A stretch of DNA of 64,000 bases from an uncultured delta proteobacterium (GCA_963727485.1 CAVSGM010000002.1:384001-448000), one strand, 5' to 3'. Positions 20,813 to 33,396 are shown, numbered from the stretch's first letter. Notes: generated by a model not told the origin, from the sequence alone. Numbers and translations are program-made.

Positions 20813-22026
20813 TTAGGTGATTGCACGGAGAAAATGAGGCAAGAAGGAGATCAGGGTGCCGGGGATGGTCGCGGGCCGGCGTCGGGCAAGTAGGCCACCC
20901 GGAAGGCATGATAAGGCCGGTGGTACGGGGGTCCGGGGTGAGCCCGTTGGGGTACGGCCTCTTGGCCGTGTTACGGAGGATGATGGTATGGCTCTGGAGC
21001 TCAGAGAAGTGCAAGAGGATGTCGGCGCGCTCGGCCGGCGCCATGACCATCGTCGACTGGGGCACGGCGCCGCGAGGAGGATGTCGCTGTGATCTGACAC
21101 ATGGTAGTCTCAGAGGAGAGGAAGAGGTAGTAGAACAGAGAGTTGGAGCTGTTGAGGATATGGAGGTGATAGAGGCGCGGCTCCACGTAGAGGAACGGCT
21201 ACGCTATGTCGTAGACGAGGATTACGTTGCTGAAGAACTCCGGCACACGGAGGGCACGTCTGTGCGTTGGTGAGGGTAGTAGATCATGGGCGCTAGGTAG
21301 TAGAGGGAGCTGTCGGTGCGGAAGGCGTGGTACTGGATCACTAGGGGCACCTCGTAGTCGCGCTGGGCAGGTTCAGGGCGTACTCGGTGGCGTCACGGAT
21401 GAGGTAGAAGCTAGCGAGCGAGGCGTAGACGTTGAGATGGGTGATGGCTATGGCGTGGTAGTGGTACCAGAGCGTCGCCGGGCTGGTAGTTAGGGTAGTA
21501 GTAGGAGAAGATGGGAGTCTGGCTGGGGCAGTAACAGTACTTGGGGTTGCAGTCGCTGTAGTAGGGGAAGTGGCTTTAGTGGAGGTGGGTGACGACTAGG
21601 GTCTCGCAGGGCGCGTCGCTCACGGTGTGGGTGGCGTAGAGGGTCAGGGTGGGGTCCACGGGGAGCAGGTGGACGGGGGGCAAGTCGTTCTCGCACCAGA
21701 CCTTGATGGGCGTGCCGGTGCGGGCCTCGATGGTCGGCCCCGGGAAGGAGCCGCCGTAGCCCCAGACGGTGGTCAGCAGCGGGGCCCCGGTGACCGGGTC
21801 GTAGATACCGAGGTGCTGCTGGAACTCGGTCATCGCCAGGCGGTAGGTCTCGACGCCGTCGATCGACTGGGCCGCGGGCAGCGGCGTGGCCACGGCGGGG
21901 CGCGGGAGCGGGTTGATGAACTGGGGCTGGGTGTGCGGATCGAGCGGCGGCGCCTGGGCCACGGCCGGGAGCACGAGGACGAGGAGAGGAGATGAGCGCC
22001 AGGAGGCGCAAGGCGAGCGTACCCAT
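20813..22026 (-). pseudogene. Multicopper oxidase (CotA/bilirubin oxidase type); G-depleted in its 3' part and missing the third cupredoxin domain
   Basis: Intact TTVWGYGGSFPGPTIEAR and VVTHLH, then degraded motifs WYHYHAIAITHLNVYASLASFYLIRD, PEFFSN, LNSSNS and MAPAERADI. In-frame stops where Gly and Trp are expected; no HPxHxH or HCH motif. Confidence 0.85.
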
Positions 22027-22303
22027 GGTTTCCCCCCGTAGCCGGCGGCCGGGGATCGGGCGCCGGCCAAAGCACCGCCGAGCCGCAGTGGACTGCCGGC
22101 GGCGGCGGCAACGGCTGCATTGGCGGTGCCGACGAGTCGGCCCGCGTCCGCGGCGGCGCCATTCCCGTGCGGGCACGCCGACTTCGCGGAGGCGCGGCCG
22201 TAGCCACTCCCGGCAGGGGTGCACCGGATGACGGCCGGGGCCCAGCCGGCGTGACTAATGTTGTACCTGGTGCCTGCACGAGGGGATGTTCCCGGCGGGG
22301 CCA

Positions 22304-25300
22304 TCACACCGCCGAGAAGGCGACCACGGCGTCGCCGTCCACCCGGGTCTCGAACCAGCCGTCGCCCACGCGCACCCGGCGCCCGGCGACCTCGACCACC
22401 CGCTCGGCCGACCCGTCCCCGCCGGCGACCGCGGCCGCCGCCTTCGCCGCCAGCAGCCGCGCCACCCCCTCGAAGGCCCCGCCCTCCTGCTGGTCGAGGA
22501 GCCGGCGCTCGCCGGCGTCGAGGCGCCTTGCCACCTCCGCGTCCTCCACCGGGGCGATGGGGACGAGGGCGATGCCCACCGGCCGCCCCTCGGCGGCGAC
22601 GGCGACGCTGCGATCGCCGAGGTGGGCCACCGCCACCCGCAGGTCCCGGCCGCCGATGGCCGCCCGCAAGAGCCCCGCGTCGTCGCCCTCGATGGGCACC
22701 TCCACCGGGAAGAGCGGCCCCTCGCCGCCCTCCCAGAGGAGGCGCCGGACCGCGTCCTTGGCGGCGATGCGCCCGTGGAGGAACCACCGCTGGCGCCTGG
22801 GCCCGGCCTCGAGCATCGCCACCCGCTCGGCCTCCCCGAGGTAGCGGCGCATGAGCCAGTCGCGGCTCGGGGGCCGGTGCTCGGCGTCGTCGTAGAGGAC
22901 GTAGGCGGCGGGGATCTGGCAGAGGAGGTTGTCCTCGGGCTTGCGGAGCACCGACCACAGGCGCACGTCGCTGGGGAAGCGGTGGTCGGTCCAGCCCTGG
23001 ATCCGGGCCCAGACCCGGTCGCCGGCGGCGAGCACCAGGTCGCCCCGGACCTCCCGGGCGTCGATGGCGGTGATCCGCACCTCGCAGCGCAGCCGCGTGC
23101 CCACCGCCGGGTGGGGCCCGAAGACCTCCAGGCGATCGACGCCCACGGGCATCGCCAGGCGGTCCTCGTTGCGGGTGTCCATGACCCAGTAGCCGAAGAG
23201 CTGGCCGGCGCTGTCGAGGAGGGCCCCGGGGCCCTCGGGGGTGACGAGCTCGCCCTCGACCCCGTCGTCGCCGACCTGGCCGATGGCGGCGACGCCCTGG
23301 TAGCGCGGCCCGTGGAACATCCACCGCTCGGCGTAGAGCTCGGCGGCGTCGATGGCCGCCGGGTGCGGGCTGGTCAGGGGCGGCACCGCCGGCGCCGGGG
23401 CCTCGGGGTACGCCGGGGCGAGGATCACCGTGGCCCGGGCGTAGTCGTCGACGCGGACGGTGACCCGGTCCGGCCCCGCGGGCTCCACCGTGAAGGTGAC
23501 CTCCACCGGGGGGTGGACGTCGATCCAGCGGAAGGCCCGGAGCTCCTCGAGGGCCACCGCCACCCGCCCGGGCGCCGCCGCCTCGGCCGCCTCCATCATC
23601 AGGCCGATGGTCATGGTCATGGGGACCACCGGCCGGCAGTCCGAGCGCACCGGCCACCCCTCGGGCTGGGGGAAGAAGCTGTGGTCCCGGAGCGCCGGGA
23701 CCGTGTCCACCGAGAAGGTCCGGGTCTGGCTCACCGACGCCGGCGCGCCCCCCTGCCCCGGCCGCGCCTGCCAGGCGTCGAGGGCCCGGAGGACGTCGTC
23801 CCGGGCGAGGTCGAGGGCCCGCAGGGTCTCGGCGGCCTCGGTGAACACCACGCCGGCGCCCCGGGGCACCGGCCGCTTGGGCCCCGCGCCCAGCTCCAGG
23901 GGCGGCAGATCGACGGTGACCGCCGGCGCCCCGAGGGGGATGCGCAGGGGCCGGCCGCGGCGGCGGTGGCCCGGGATCAGGGGCCCGAGGTCCATCTCCA
24001 CGCCCTCGACCCAGAGCGCCAGCGCCAGGTTCCGCAGCTGGGCCAGCCCCGGGCGCCTCGCCACGTTGGCGCTCACCGCCAGGTGGGGCCGGCCCCGGAG
24101 GGTGTCCTCGACGAAGCCCTGGAGGCGCCCGGTGCCCACCTGGACGAAGTGGCGGAAGCCCTGGTCGTGGAGGTTGAGCAGGAGCTCCCGGAAGCGCACC
24201 GGCTCCACCAGGTGACGCAGGGCCAGGGCCCGGATGGCCTCGGGCTCCGCCGGGAACGGGGCGCAGGTCGTCGCCGACCACACCGGGGGATCGCCTGGGC
24301 CCAGGGGCAGGCGGGTGAAGTGGTCCCGGTGGGGGCCGAGGTAGCCCTCGAAGAGGGGCGAGTGGAAGCCCGAGCGGAACGGGAGCACCTGGCAGAGGAC
24401 CCCGCCCGCGACCAGGCGCTCCCGGGCGGTGTTGATGGCCGCCTCCCGGCCGCAGAGGATCACCTGGTGGGGGCAGTTGTCGTGGGAGACGGCGATGCCG
24501 TCGAGGCCCTCGATGGCCCGGCTGGCGACGTCGACGCCGCAGCCGGCGGCGGCGAAGAGGACCCCGGGGACCTCCAGGGTGCCGGCGCGCAGGGTCCCGA
24601 TGAAGGCGTCGGCGGCGTCCTCGCCGATGGCGCCGCTGACGATCATGGCCGTCCACTCGCCGATGCTGTGGCCGGCGACCGCGTCGGGGGTCAGGCCCAG
24701 CTGCCGGAGCACCCGGTCGAGGAGGCGGCTGACCCCGACGATGCCCATCCCCTGCTCCTCGATGCCCTCGGCCTCGAGGAAGGGCGGGAGCGGCAGCTCG
24801 AAGCGCTCGGCGACGTCCTCGACCCTCGGCTCGAAGGCGGCGTCGACCCCGGGGAAGAGGAAGGCGACCTTGCCGCCGCCGGTGCCCAGCGCCCGGGGGC
24901 TGAACCAGATGCCCTCCCGGCCGCGCCACGGGGCGCCGGTCTCGATCACCCGCCGGGCCCGGGCGAGGCGCGCCGGGGTCGGGTCCACCAGGGCGAGGCG
25001 CACCGGGCCCGCGACCTCGGGGGCCCCGGGGTCCGCGCCCGGGTCGTCGCCGACGCCCACCGGGGCGCCCTGATCCGCGGCCTCGAGGCGGGCGAGGAGC
25101 CCGGCGGCGTCCGCGGCGGCCAGGCGGAGGACCGGGCGGTCGGTGCCGTCCTCGGGGCGGGGCCGGCGCCGGCGCTCCCGGACGCCGTGGGAGGCGAGCA
25201 CCACGTGGGCGTTGATGCCCCCGAAGCCGAACGCGTTCACCCCGGCCACCCGTCCGTCGCCCTCCCAGGGCTCGGCGGCGGCGGTGACCCGGAACCGGGT

Positions 25301-26564
25301 GCCGGCGAGATTCTGCGTGGGGGCTCTCGCAGTTCAGGCTCGGCGGGCGCACCCCGTGGTGGACCGCGAGGACGGTCTTGACCAGCCCCGCGGCCCCGGC
25401 GGCGGGCATGGCGTGGCCGATCATGGACTTCACCGATCCCAGGACCGCCCGCGCGCCGTCCGCGGGGCCGAAGACCCGGCGGAGGGTCTCGAGCTCGGCG
25501 GCGTCGCCTGCGGGGGTGGCGGTGCCGTGGCCCTCGACGAGGCCCACGGTGGCCGGGTCCAGGCCCGCTTCGTGCCAGGCGCGCGCGAGGGCGGCGACCT
25601 GCCCGTCGACCCTGGGGGCCATGGGGCTCGCGGCCCGGCCGTCGCTCGAGGAGCCCACGCCCCGGATCACCGCGTAGATCCGGTCGCCGTCGTGCTCGGC
25701 CCGATCGAGGCGCTTGAGGAGGACCATGCCGCAGCCCTCGCCCACCAGCAGGCCGTCGGCGCCCCGGTCGTAGGGGCGGATGGCGCCGGTGCGCGAGAGG
25801 GCCCCGAGCTGGGCGAAGACGCTCCAGAAGGTCGCGTCCTGGACCAGGTGGATGCCCCCGGCGAGGACCAGGTCGGCGCGGCCGCTGCGCAGCAGGGTGA
25901 CGCCCTGCTCCACCGCCACCAGGGCCGAGGCGCAGGCGGCGTCCACGGTGTAGGCGGGCCCCCGGAGGTCCAGGCGGCTGGCGATCCGCGAGGCGGCGAG
26001 GTTGGGGACCAGGCCGATGGCGGTGTCGGGACCGAAGGTCCCGGCGCCGGCGCGCCAGGCCCGGCGGACCCGGTCGAGGGTGCCCTCGTCGAGGTCCGGG
26101 ACCAGGTGCCGCAGGAGATCGACGACCTCGCCGGCGCCCCGGACGTTCTGGAAGAGGCGGGTGAGCCCGGGGGTGAGGTAGCCGCCGCGGCCGAGGATCA
26201 CCGCGGCCTTGTCCCGGGGGAGCTCCCGGCCCTCGTAGCCCGCGTCGGCCACGGTGCGGGCGGCGACCTCGAGGGCGAGGAGCTGGTCGGGCTCGGCGCC
26301 CTCGGCGGCGACGGGCATGACGCCGAAGCCCAGGGCGTCGAAGTCGAAGGCCTCGCCGAGGAACCCCCCGCGGAGGGTCGGCAGGCGGTCGACCTCGTTG
26401 GAGGCCGGGTCGAGGTAGTGGCGCGGGAGGCGGCCCGGGGGCGCCTCGGTGATGGCGTCCTTCCCCGCCTCGACGTTGCGCCAGAAGACGTGGACGTCCG
26501 AGGCGCCGGGGAACACGCCGCCGACGCCGATGACGGCGACCTGGTCGTCGGGGGCGCGGGGCAT
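22304..26564 (-). CDS. Iterative type I PKS/PUFA-synthase-like subunit 2: KS-AT-DH-PPTase; frameshift near 25300
   Basis: KS motifs DAACAS, EGHGT, GHAMP; AT motifs GHSIG, GFHS; DH-like LRDHSFF..VVPMT and MFHGPRYQGV; PPTase-like YLGEAER..GRIAAKDAVR. TGATG overlap with the upstream PKS. Confidence 0.85.
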
Positions 26565-29500
26565 CAGCGCAGGCGGTCGGGGTGGGCGCGCATCAGGATC
26601 ACCTGGGGGCCGTCGCCCCGGGCGATCGCCTCGAGGAGGCGGTCGACGCCGTCCTCGGGGTCGATGAGGCCGATGCCCCGGCGGCCGTACTCGGCCTCGA
26701 GCTCGGGGGTGACCATGCCGCCGCCGGCCCACGGGCCCCAGTTCACCGAGATCACCCGGCCGGCGCGGTGGCCGTCGAGGGCGTGGGCGAGCTTGTCGAG
26801 GACGTCGTTGGCCGCCGCGTAGTCCCCCTGGCCCCTGTTCCCGAAGGCCGAGGCGATGCTGGAGAAGAAGACCAGCCGGGGCTCCGGGGGCAGGCGCTCG
26901 GCGAGGGTGAGGGCGCCGGTGACCTTGGTGTCGAAGACCCGGCGGAAGCTCTCCTCGGTCTTGTGGCGCAGGAGCTTGTCCTCGTTCACGCCGGCGCCGT
27001 GGATCACCAGGTCCAGGCGGCCGTGGCGGGCGAGGACGTCGTCGAGGACGGCGCCGAAGGCCACCGGGTCCCGGACGTCCACCGAGTGGTACTCGACCCC
27101 GGCGCCGGTGGCCTCGAGGGCGGCCAGGGTCATGCGGATCTCCCGATCGGCGAGGATGCGCCGGGCCAGGCGGCCGGCCTCGCCCGGGGTCTTCGCCTGG
27201 CCGAGCTCCACCAGGGCGGCCCGGAGCTCGACCTCGGTGCGCGCCGCGGCCAGGGCCTTCGGCTCGCTCCCGCTCGGGCGCGGGGAGCGGCCCAGGAGGA
27301 TGAGCGTGGGCGCGTGGCGCTCGGCGAGGGCCCGGGCGACCCGGGCGGTGATGCCCCGGGCGCCGCCGGTGAGCAGCACCACCGCCTCGCGGTCGAGGTC
27401 GAGGGGCACCGCGTCGACCTCGACGGCGTCGGCGACCGGATCCAGGCGGACCCGGGCCCCGCGGTCCCAGCCCACCTCGACCAGGTCGTCCTCGGAGCCG
27501 AGCTCGGCGACGAGGTGGGCCGCCAGGGCGCTGGCGTCCTCACCGGGGTCGAGGTCGACGCAGCGGACCCGGGCCGCCGGCCACTCCTTGGCCATGGTCT
27601 TGGTGAGGCCGGCGAGGCCCCCGGCGGCCAGCGGGTCGTGGCCGTTCATCGCCAGGCCCAGGCGTCCGCCGAGGGCCGTGGCCGTGAGGACCACGCCGGT
27701 GCCGCCCTCGAGGGCGGTGCGGGCGAGGTCGGCGACGGCGAAGATGCGGCGCCCCGGATCGAGATCGGCCGGGCGCCCGAGGGTGTGGAGGAGCACCAGG
27801 GCGTCGCAGCCGGCGACCGCGGCGGCGTCGCCCTCGGGGGCGACGGGGACGACCTCGGCGCCGGCCTCGGCGAGCCCCGCGGCGAAGGCGTCGGCGACGC
27901 CCTGGTCGTCGGCGGTGAGGGCCACCCGGCGGCCGGCCAGGGGCCAGTCGGCCCTCGGCGACGGGGCCGGGGTGAGCGCAAAGCGGTAGCGGGTGGTGCG
28001 CGCGGGGACCGGGGGGCCGTCGGTGTCGCCCGGGGCCCCGTCCTCGGCGACGGGGCGCGCCTCCGCGGGGGTCACCTCGCCCGCGTCGCCCGCGTCGGGC
28101 GCCGCGCCTTCGTCGGACGCCGCGCCCTCGCCCTGCGTCGCGCCGGCGCCGCCGGCCTCCCCGTGCCCGGGCGCCCTGCCCTCGACCCAGGTGAGGATCC
28201 CGCGCAGGGTCTTCACCCCGGCCAGGGCCTCGACCACCGCGTCCCGATCGGCCTCGCTGGCGCCGCCGAGGCCCAGGCGCTCGGAGAGCACCCCGAGGAT
28301 CTCGATGCGCTTGATGGAGTCGATGGAGAGGTCGGCCTCGAGATCGAGGTCGAGGTCGAGCATCGCCGCCGGGTAGCCGGTGCGCTCGCTGACCACCTCC
28401 AGGAGCACCTCGCCCGGCGACGCGGTGGGGCCGGCCTCGGCGGGGGCGTCGGGGGCGGTCGTGGACGCCGGGAGGGCCTCGACGGCGGCCGCGGGCGCGA
28501 CGTCGACGGTGCGCGGCCGGGCCGGGAGCTCGGTCCCGAGGAAGGCCAGCATCACGTCGCGCTGGCTCTCGGCGAGGGACCGGACGCCCCGGAGGTACTC
28601 GACGACCGCGGTCTCCCCGGGGTCGCTGGGCGCCTCGGCCGCGGTCGCCGAGGCGGCGAGGCCCAGGGGCGCCTCGAGGGGGCGGAGGCCGTGGGCCGGG
28701 ACCGGGCCGGCGACCGGGCGCGCCCGGTGGCCGTCCACCTGCCACACCGAGGCGCGCCGTGCGGGCGGCGTGGCCTCGAGGTCGAGGGCGCCGACGCTCC
28801 GGCCGGCGAAGAGGCGCGTCGGGTCGACCGGGAAGCCCGCGGCGGCGAGGCTGGCGAGGGCCTCCAGGAGGCCGGTGAGGCCGTCGGCGGCGGCGCCCTC
28901 GAGGGGCACCACCCGGTGGGGCCGGTCGCCGAGGATCTTCCCCACCAGGCCCGAGAGGATCCGGCCCGGGCCCACCTCCACGAAGGTGCGGGCGCCGGCG
29001 GCGTACATGGCCTCGATCTCCTCCACGAAGCGCACCGGCCGGGCCACGTGGGCGGCGAGGGTGCGCCGGAGGGCGTCGGGGTCCGGGTCGTGGGGCGCGG
29101 CGCGGGTGTTGGAGAACACCGGGAGGCGCGGGGCCGCGACCGCGACCTCGGCGAGGCGGGACAGGAGCGCCGCCTCGGCCCCGGCGACCACCGGGGAGTG
29201 GAAGGCGCAGGCCACGGGGATGGCCTTGGCGCCGATGCCCGCCGCCGAGAGGCGCCCCATCGCCGCCTCCACCGCGGGGGTGGGCCCGGCGATGACCGTC
29301 TGGCGCGGGGCGTTGAGGTTCGCCAGGACCACCGAGGCGTCGTCACCGAGGGCCGCGCGGACCGAGTCGGCGTCGGCGGCGGCGGCGGCCATGGTCCCCG
29401 GGTCGTCCCCGGCGGCGGCGAGGATGGCCTCGGCCCGGGCCTCGGAGAGGGCCAGGAGGTCGTCGGGGGTGAGGCTCCCGGCGACGGTGAGGGCGACGAG

Positions 29501-32500
29501 CTCGCCGTAGCTGTGACCCGCGAGCATCGCCGGGGCGAGACCCAGATCCGCGAGGAGCTCGGCGGCGGCGAGCTCGACCACGCCGAGGGCCGGCTGGGCC
29601 ACCCGGGTGTCGGTGATCGCCGCCCGCTGGGCCTTCATCGCCGCCGGGTCGTAGGCGGTGGGCGGGAGGATCCGGTCGAGCCACTTCGCCCCCCGGGCCA
29701 GGTGGCGCCTGGAGCGCCGGGAAGGCGACGAAGAGGTCGGCGAGCATCCCCGGGCGCTGGGCGCCCTGCCCGGGGAAGAGGAACGCGAGCGCCCCGGCGT
29801 CGGCGCCGGCATCGGCGAGGTGGACCCCGGGCGCCGCCCTCCCCGGCCCGCGCCGCGTCGAGCTTGCTCGAGCAGATCGGCGTGGCTCCGGGCGACGACG
29901 GCGACCTGGACCGGACCTTCGCCCCGGCGCGCCACCGCGGCGGCCGAGATCCCGGAGCGGCGGCGGCACCTCGGCGGCGGCCTGGCGGGCCACCCGATCG
30001 AGGTCGGCCCGGTCGCGGAAGAGGAAGAGCTCGGCGGGCCAGGCGGCGCGCCCGGTCGCGGGCGCGGGGCCGTCGTGGCTCGCCAGCACCGCGTGGAAGT
30101 TGGTGCCCCCGAAGCCAAACGCGCTCACCCCGGCGTAGCGCGGCTCGGCGACCCAGGGCCGCGCCTCGCGCAGAAGCGAGAAGGGGCTGGTCGACGGGTC
30201 CCAGGCGGGGTTCGGGCGCTCGACGTGGAGGGTGGGCGGCCGCACCCGGTGGTGCAGCGCCAGGGACGCCTTGATGACCCCGGCGAGGCCGGCGGCGCAC
30301 TTGGTGTGGCCGATGTTCGACTTCACCGAGCCCAGGGTGGCGCTGGCCGGGGTGGCCCCGGCGGCGCCGAAGACCTCGGTGAGGGTGGCGAGCTCGGTGC
30401 GGTCGCCGACCACGGTGCCGGTGCCGTGGGCCTCCACCAGCCCCACCTCGGCCGGGGAGACCCCGGCCATGTCGTAGGCCCGCTCCACCGCCCGCATCTG
30501 GCCCTCCTTGCGGGGGGCGGTGAGGCCCAGCGCCCGGCCGTCGGAGGAGCCGGCGACGCCCTTGACCACCGAGTAGATCCGGTCGCCGTCGCGCTCGGCG
30601 TCCTCGAGGCGCTTGAGGACCACCACCGCCACCCCCTCCCCGAGCGCGATGCCGTCGGCCTCGGCGTCGAAGGTGCGCGCACCGGCCCTTGCGCGAGAGG
30701 GCGTGGGTGGAGGCGAAGAGGAGGTAGTCGCCGATGGCGTTGTGGAGGTCGGCGCCGCCGCAGAGGACCACGTCGCTCTGGCCGGCGCGCAGCTCCTTCA
30801 CCGAGAGGTCGAGGGCGGCGATGGACGAGGCGCAGGCGGCGTCCACGGTGTAGTTGACCCCGCCGAGGTCCAGGCGGTTGGCGATGCGCCCGGCGATGAC
30901 GTTGGCGAGCACCCCGGGGAAGCTGTCCTCGGTGAGGCTGGGGAGGGCCTCGTCGAGGGCCGGGGGCAGCTCGCCGACCACCCCGGGCCACAGGGCGCGG
31001 AAGCCGTAGGCGCTGGCGAGGTCGGTGCCCGCCTCGGCGCCGAAGATCACCGAGGCCCGGCTCCGGTCGAGATCCCGGTGGGCGTAGCCGGCGTCGTCGA
31101 GGGCCCGGCGCGCCGCCTCGAGGGCGAGGAGCTGCACCGGCTCCACCGCCGCCAGGGAGTTGGGCGGGATGCCGTAGTCGAGGGGATCGAAGTCGATGGC
31201 GTCGAGGAAGCCGCCCCACTTGGACGGGGTCTTGGTCCCGTCGTTGGACTCGGGGTCGTAGTAGATGGCCGGGTCCCAGCGCTCCCGGGGCACCTCGGTG
31301 ACGCAGTCGGTGCCGTCGACCACGTTGGCCCAGAAGGCGTGGACGTCCGGGGAGCCCGGGTAGAAGCAGCTCATGCCCACGATGGCCACGTCGGCGGGCC
31401 GCGGGGCCGGTCGCTTCCGCAGCGGCGGCGGGTCCGGGAGGTGGGCGAGGCGCTCGGTGGCCCCGGCGCTGACCTCGGCGTGGAGCTCGGCGACGGTGGT
31501 CACCGCGTCGCGCAGCGCCGCCACCTGCCCGATCATGAACATCCCCTCCTCGGCCTGGTCCGCGGCGTCGACCTCGATGAGGGCGTCGCCGTCGCGGCGG
31601 ACGCCCTTGGCGGCGATGCGCAGGCGCCCGAGGTTGAGCTGCTCGAGCTCGGCCCAGACGTCGTCGGCGGGGCGGCCCTCGTCCTCGAGGCGCGCACGGG
31701 TGGCCTCGAAGTGGCGGACGTAGGGCCCGTCGACGCACCGGGTGGCGTGGCCCGGGGCGGTCTGGAGGCACCGGGTCTCCTCGCAGGCCAGCGCCGCCGC
31801 CTGGAAGCCCGGGAGGATGGCCCCGGCGCTCACCGCCTCCTCGGTGAAGAGGTAGGCGGTGCCCATGAGGACCCCGAGGCGCGCGCCCCGGGCGGCGAGC
31901 GGCGCGGCCAGCGCCGCGACCATGGCGGCGCTCACGTCGTCGTGGATGCCCCCGGCGAAGAGGACCTCGACCTCGGGGAGCGCCTCGAAGGCCAGGAGCT
32001 TCTCCACCTGGGCCTCCCAGAGGGCGAAGCTGGTGCGCGGTCCCACGTGGCCGCCGCACTCGCGGCCCTCGAAGACGAAGCGCCGGGCGCCGTCCTTGAG
32101 GAAGAGCTCGAGGAGCCCCGGGGACGGCACGTGGAGGAAGGTGGGGATGCCCGCGGCCTCGAGGGTGCGGGCCTGGGCCGGGCGGCCGCCGGCGATGAGG
32201 GCCGCCGGGGGGTGCACCGCCTCGATGGCGGCGAGCTGCTCGGCCCGGAGCGCCGGGGGCACGAAGCCGAGGATGCCCACGCCCCAGGGCCGGTCGCCGA
32301 GGCGCTGCTTCGTCTCCTCGAGGACCTTCCGGGCCCGGTCACCGGGCATCAGCGAGAGGGCGAGGAACGGCAGCCCGCCCCCGGCGCTCACCGCGGCGGC
32401 GAAGGCGGGGACGTCGCTGACCCGGGTCATGGGGCCCTGGGCCACCGGGTACTCGAGGCCGTGGGTGCGGGCGACGCCGGCGCCTGGGGCCAGGGGCTTG

Positions 32501-33324
32501 ACCGCCCGGGCCTGGCGCAGGTGGGCCCCGATGGCGGCCTCGAGGCCCCGGACCAGAGCCCCGGCGGTGGTGAAGCGCCTGGCCAGCGGCGCGGCGAAGG
32601 CGGCGTCCTGCCCCGCCGGGAGGAGCGCGTCCTCGAGGGCCTCGGCGGCGCCGAGGGTCCCCGGGAGCCCGACCGCCAGGTCGTCCACCGGGAGGTTCGG
32701 GCGCACGTAGACCCGGTAGCCCGCGCGGATCTCGGTCTCGCTGCCGTCCATGGCGGCGATGGCGCCCTTCACCGCGTCGGGGAGGCCCGACTCACGCACC
32801 AGGGCGAGCTGGGCGTCGAGGACCACGCCGGTGGCGCCGCCCACGACGCAGGCGGCCGCGGTGCGCAGCCCCACCCCGCCCTGGACCCAGATCGGCCGGT
32901 CGGTGACCCGGCGCAGGCGCTGGAGGAGGACGAAGCTCCCCTCCTCGCCGACCCGGCCGCCGCTCTCGTGGCCCTTGGCGACGAGGCCCGCGGCGCCGGC
33001 GGCGAGCGCCGCCCGGGCCTCGGCCTCGGAGGTGACCTGGACCAGGACCCGGCGGCCGGCGAACGGCCCCAGGTCGCGCCCGGCGTCGACCAGGAGGGTG
33101 GCGGCCTCCGCCGGGAGCGCCGGGACCTCGACGCCCTCGGGGATGCGGACGCCGAAGGGGACGCCCGTCGCCTGCAGGTGTGCCAGCGCTTCGGCCGCCT
33201 CGGTGGCGTCCCGCCCCAGGTCGAGGATCCCCAGCCCCCCGGCCCGGCTGACGGCCTCCACCAGGGCGGCGTCGGCGCGCTCGAAGGGGCAGAGCCCCAG
33301 GATGAGGTCGCGTGGATCCGCCAT
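26564..33324 (-). CDS. Iterative type I PKS/PUFA-synthase-like subunit 1: tandem FabK/PfaD-like enoyl reductase barrels-KS-AT-ACP-KR; frameshifts at about 29700-30700
   Basis: KGHESGG and EGRECGGH FMN-barrel motifs; KS DAACASS, EAHGTGT, GHTK; AT FPGQG, GHSYG, AFHS; ACP DLSIDSIKRIEI; KR TGGARGI, YAAAN. Confidence 0.9.
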
Positions 33325-33396
33325 GCCGTCGCCGCTGTCTGAAGCTCCCGACCCCCGGGATCTCCAGAAGATAGCACGGATCCTGGAGGTATCGCC

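Noticed and set aside
20813..21700. Low-GC horizontally acquired island, or new plus-strand genes (20821-21273, 21227-21493)
   Set aside because: It is the continuation of the high-GC oxidase gene; only one base per strand is depleted, and the plus-strand ORFs are its antisense.
20813..21700. Diversity-generating retroelement variable region
   Set aside because: DGRs mutate adenines over short C-terminal repeats. Here guanines change, stops are created, and no reverse transcriptase or template repeat is in the window.
21576..26732. 1718-aa ORF apparently fusing a KS domain to a multicopper oxidase
   Set aside because: A frameshift near 25300 moves the real PKS2 into another frame; the middle is Arg/Pro/Gly-rich off-frame sequence.
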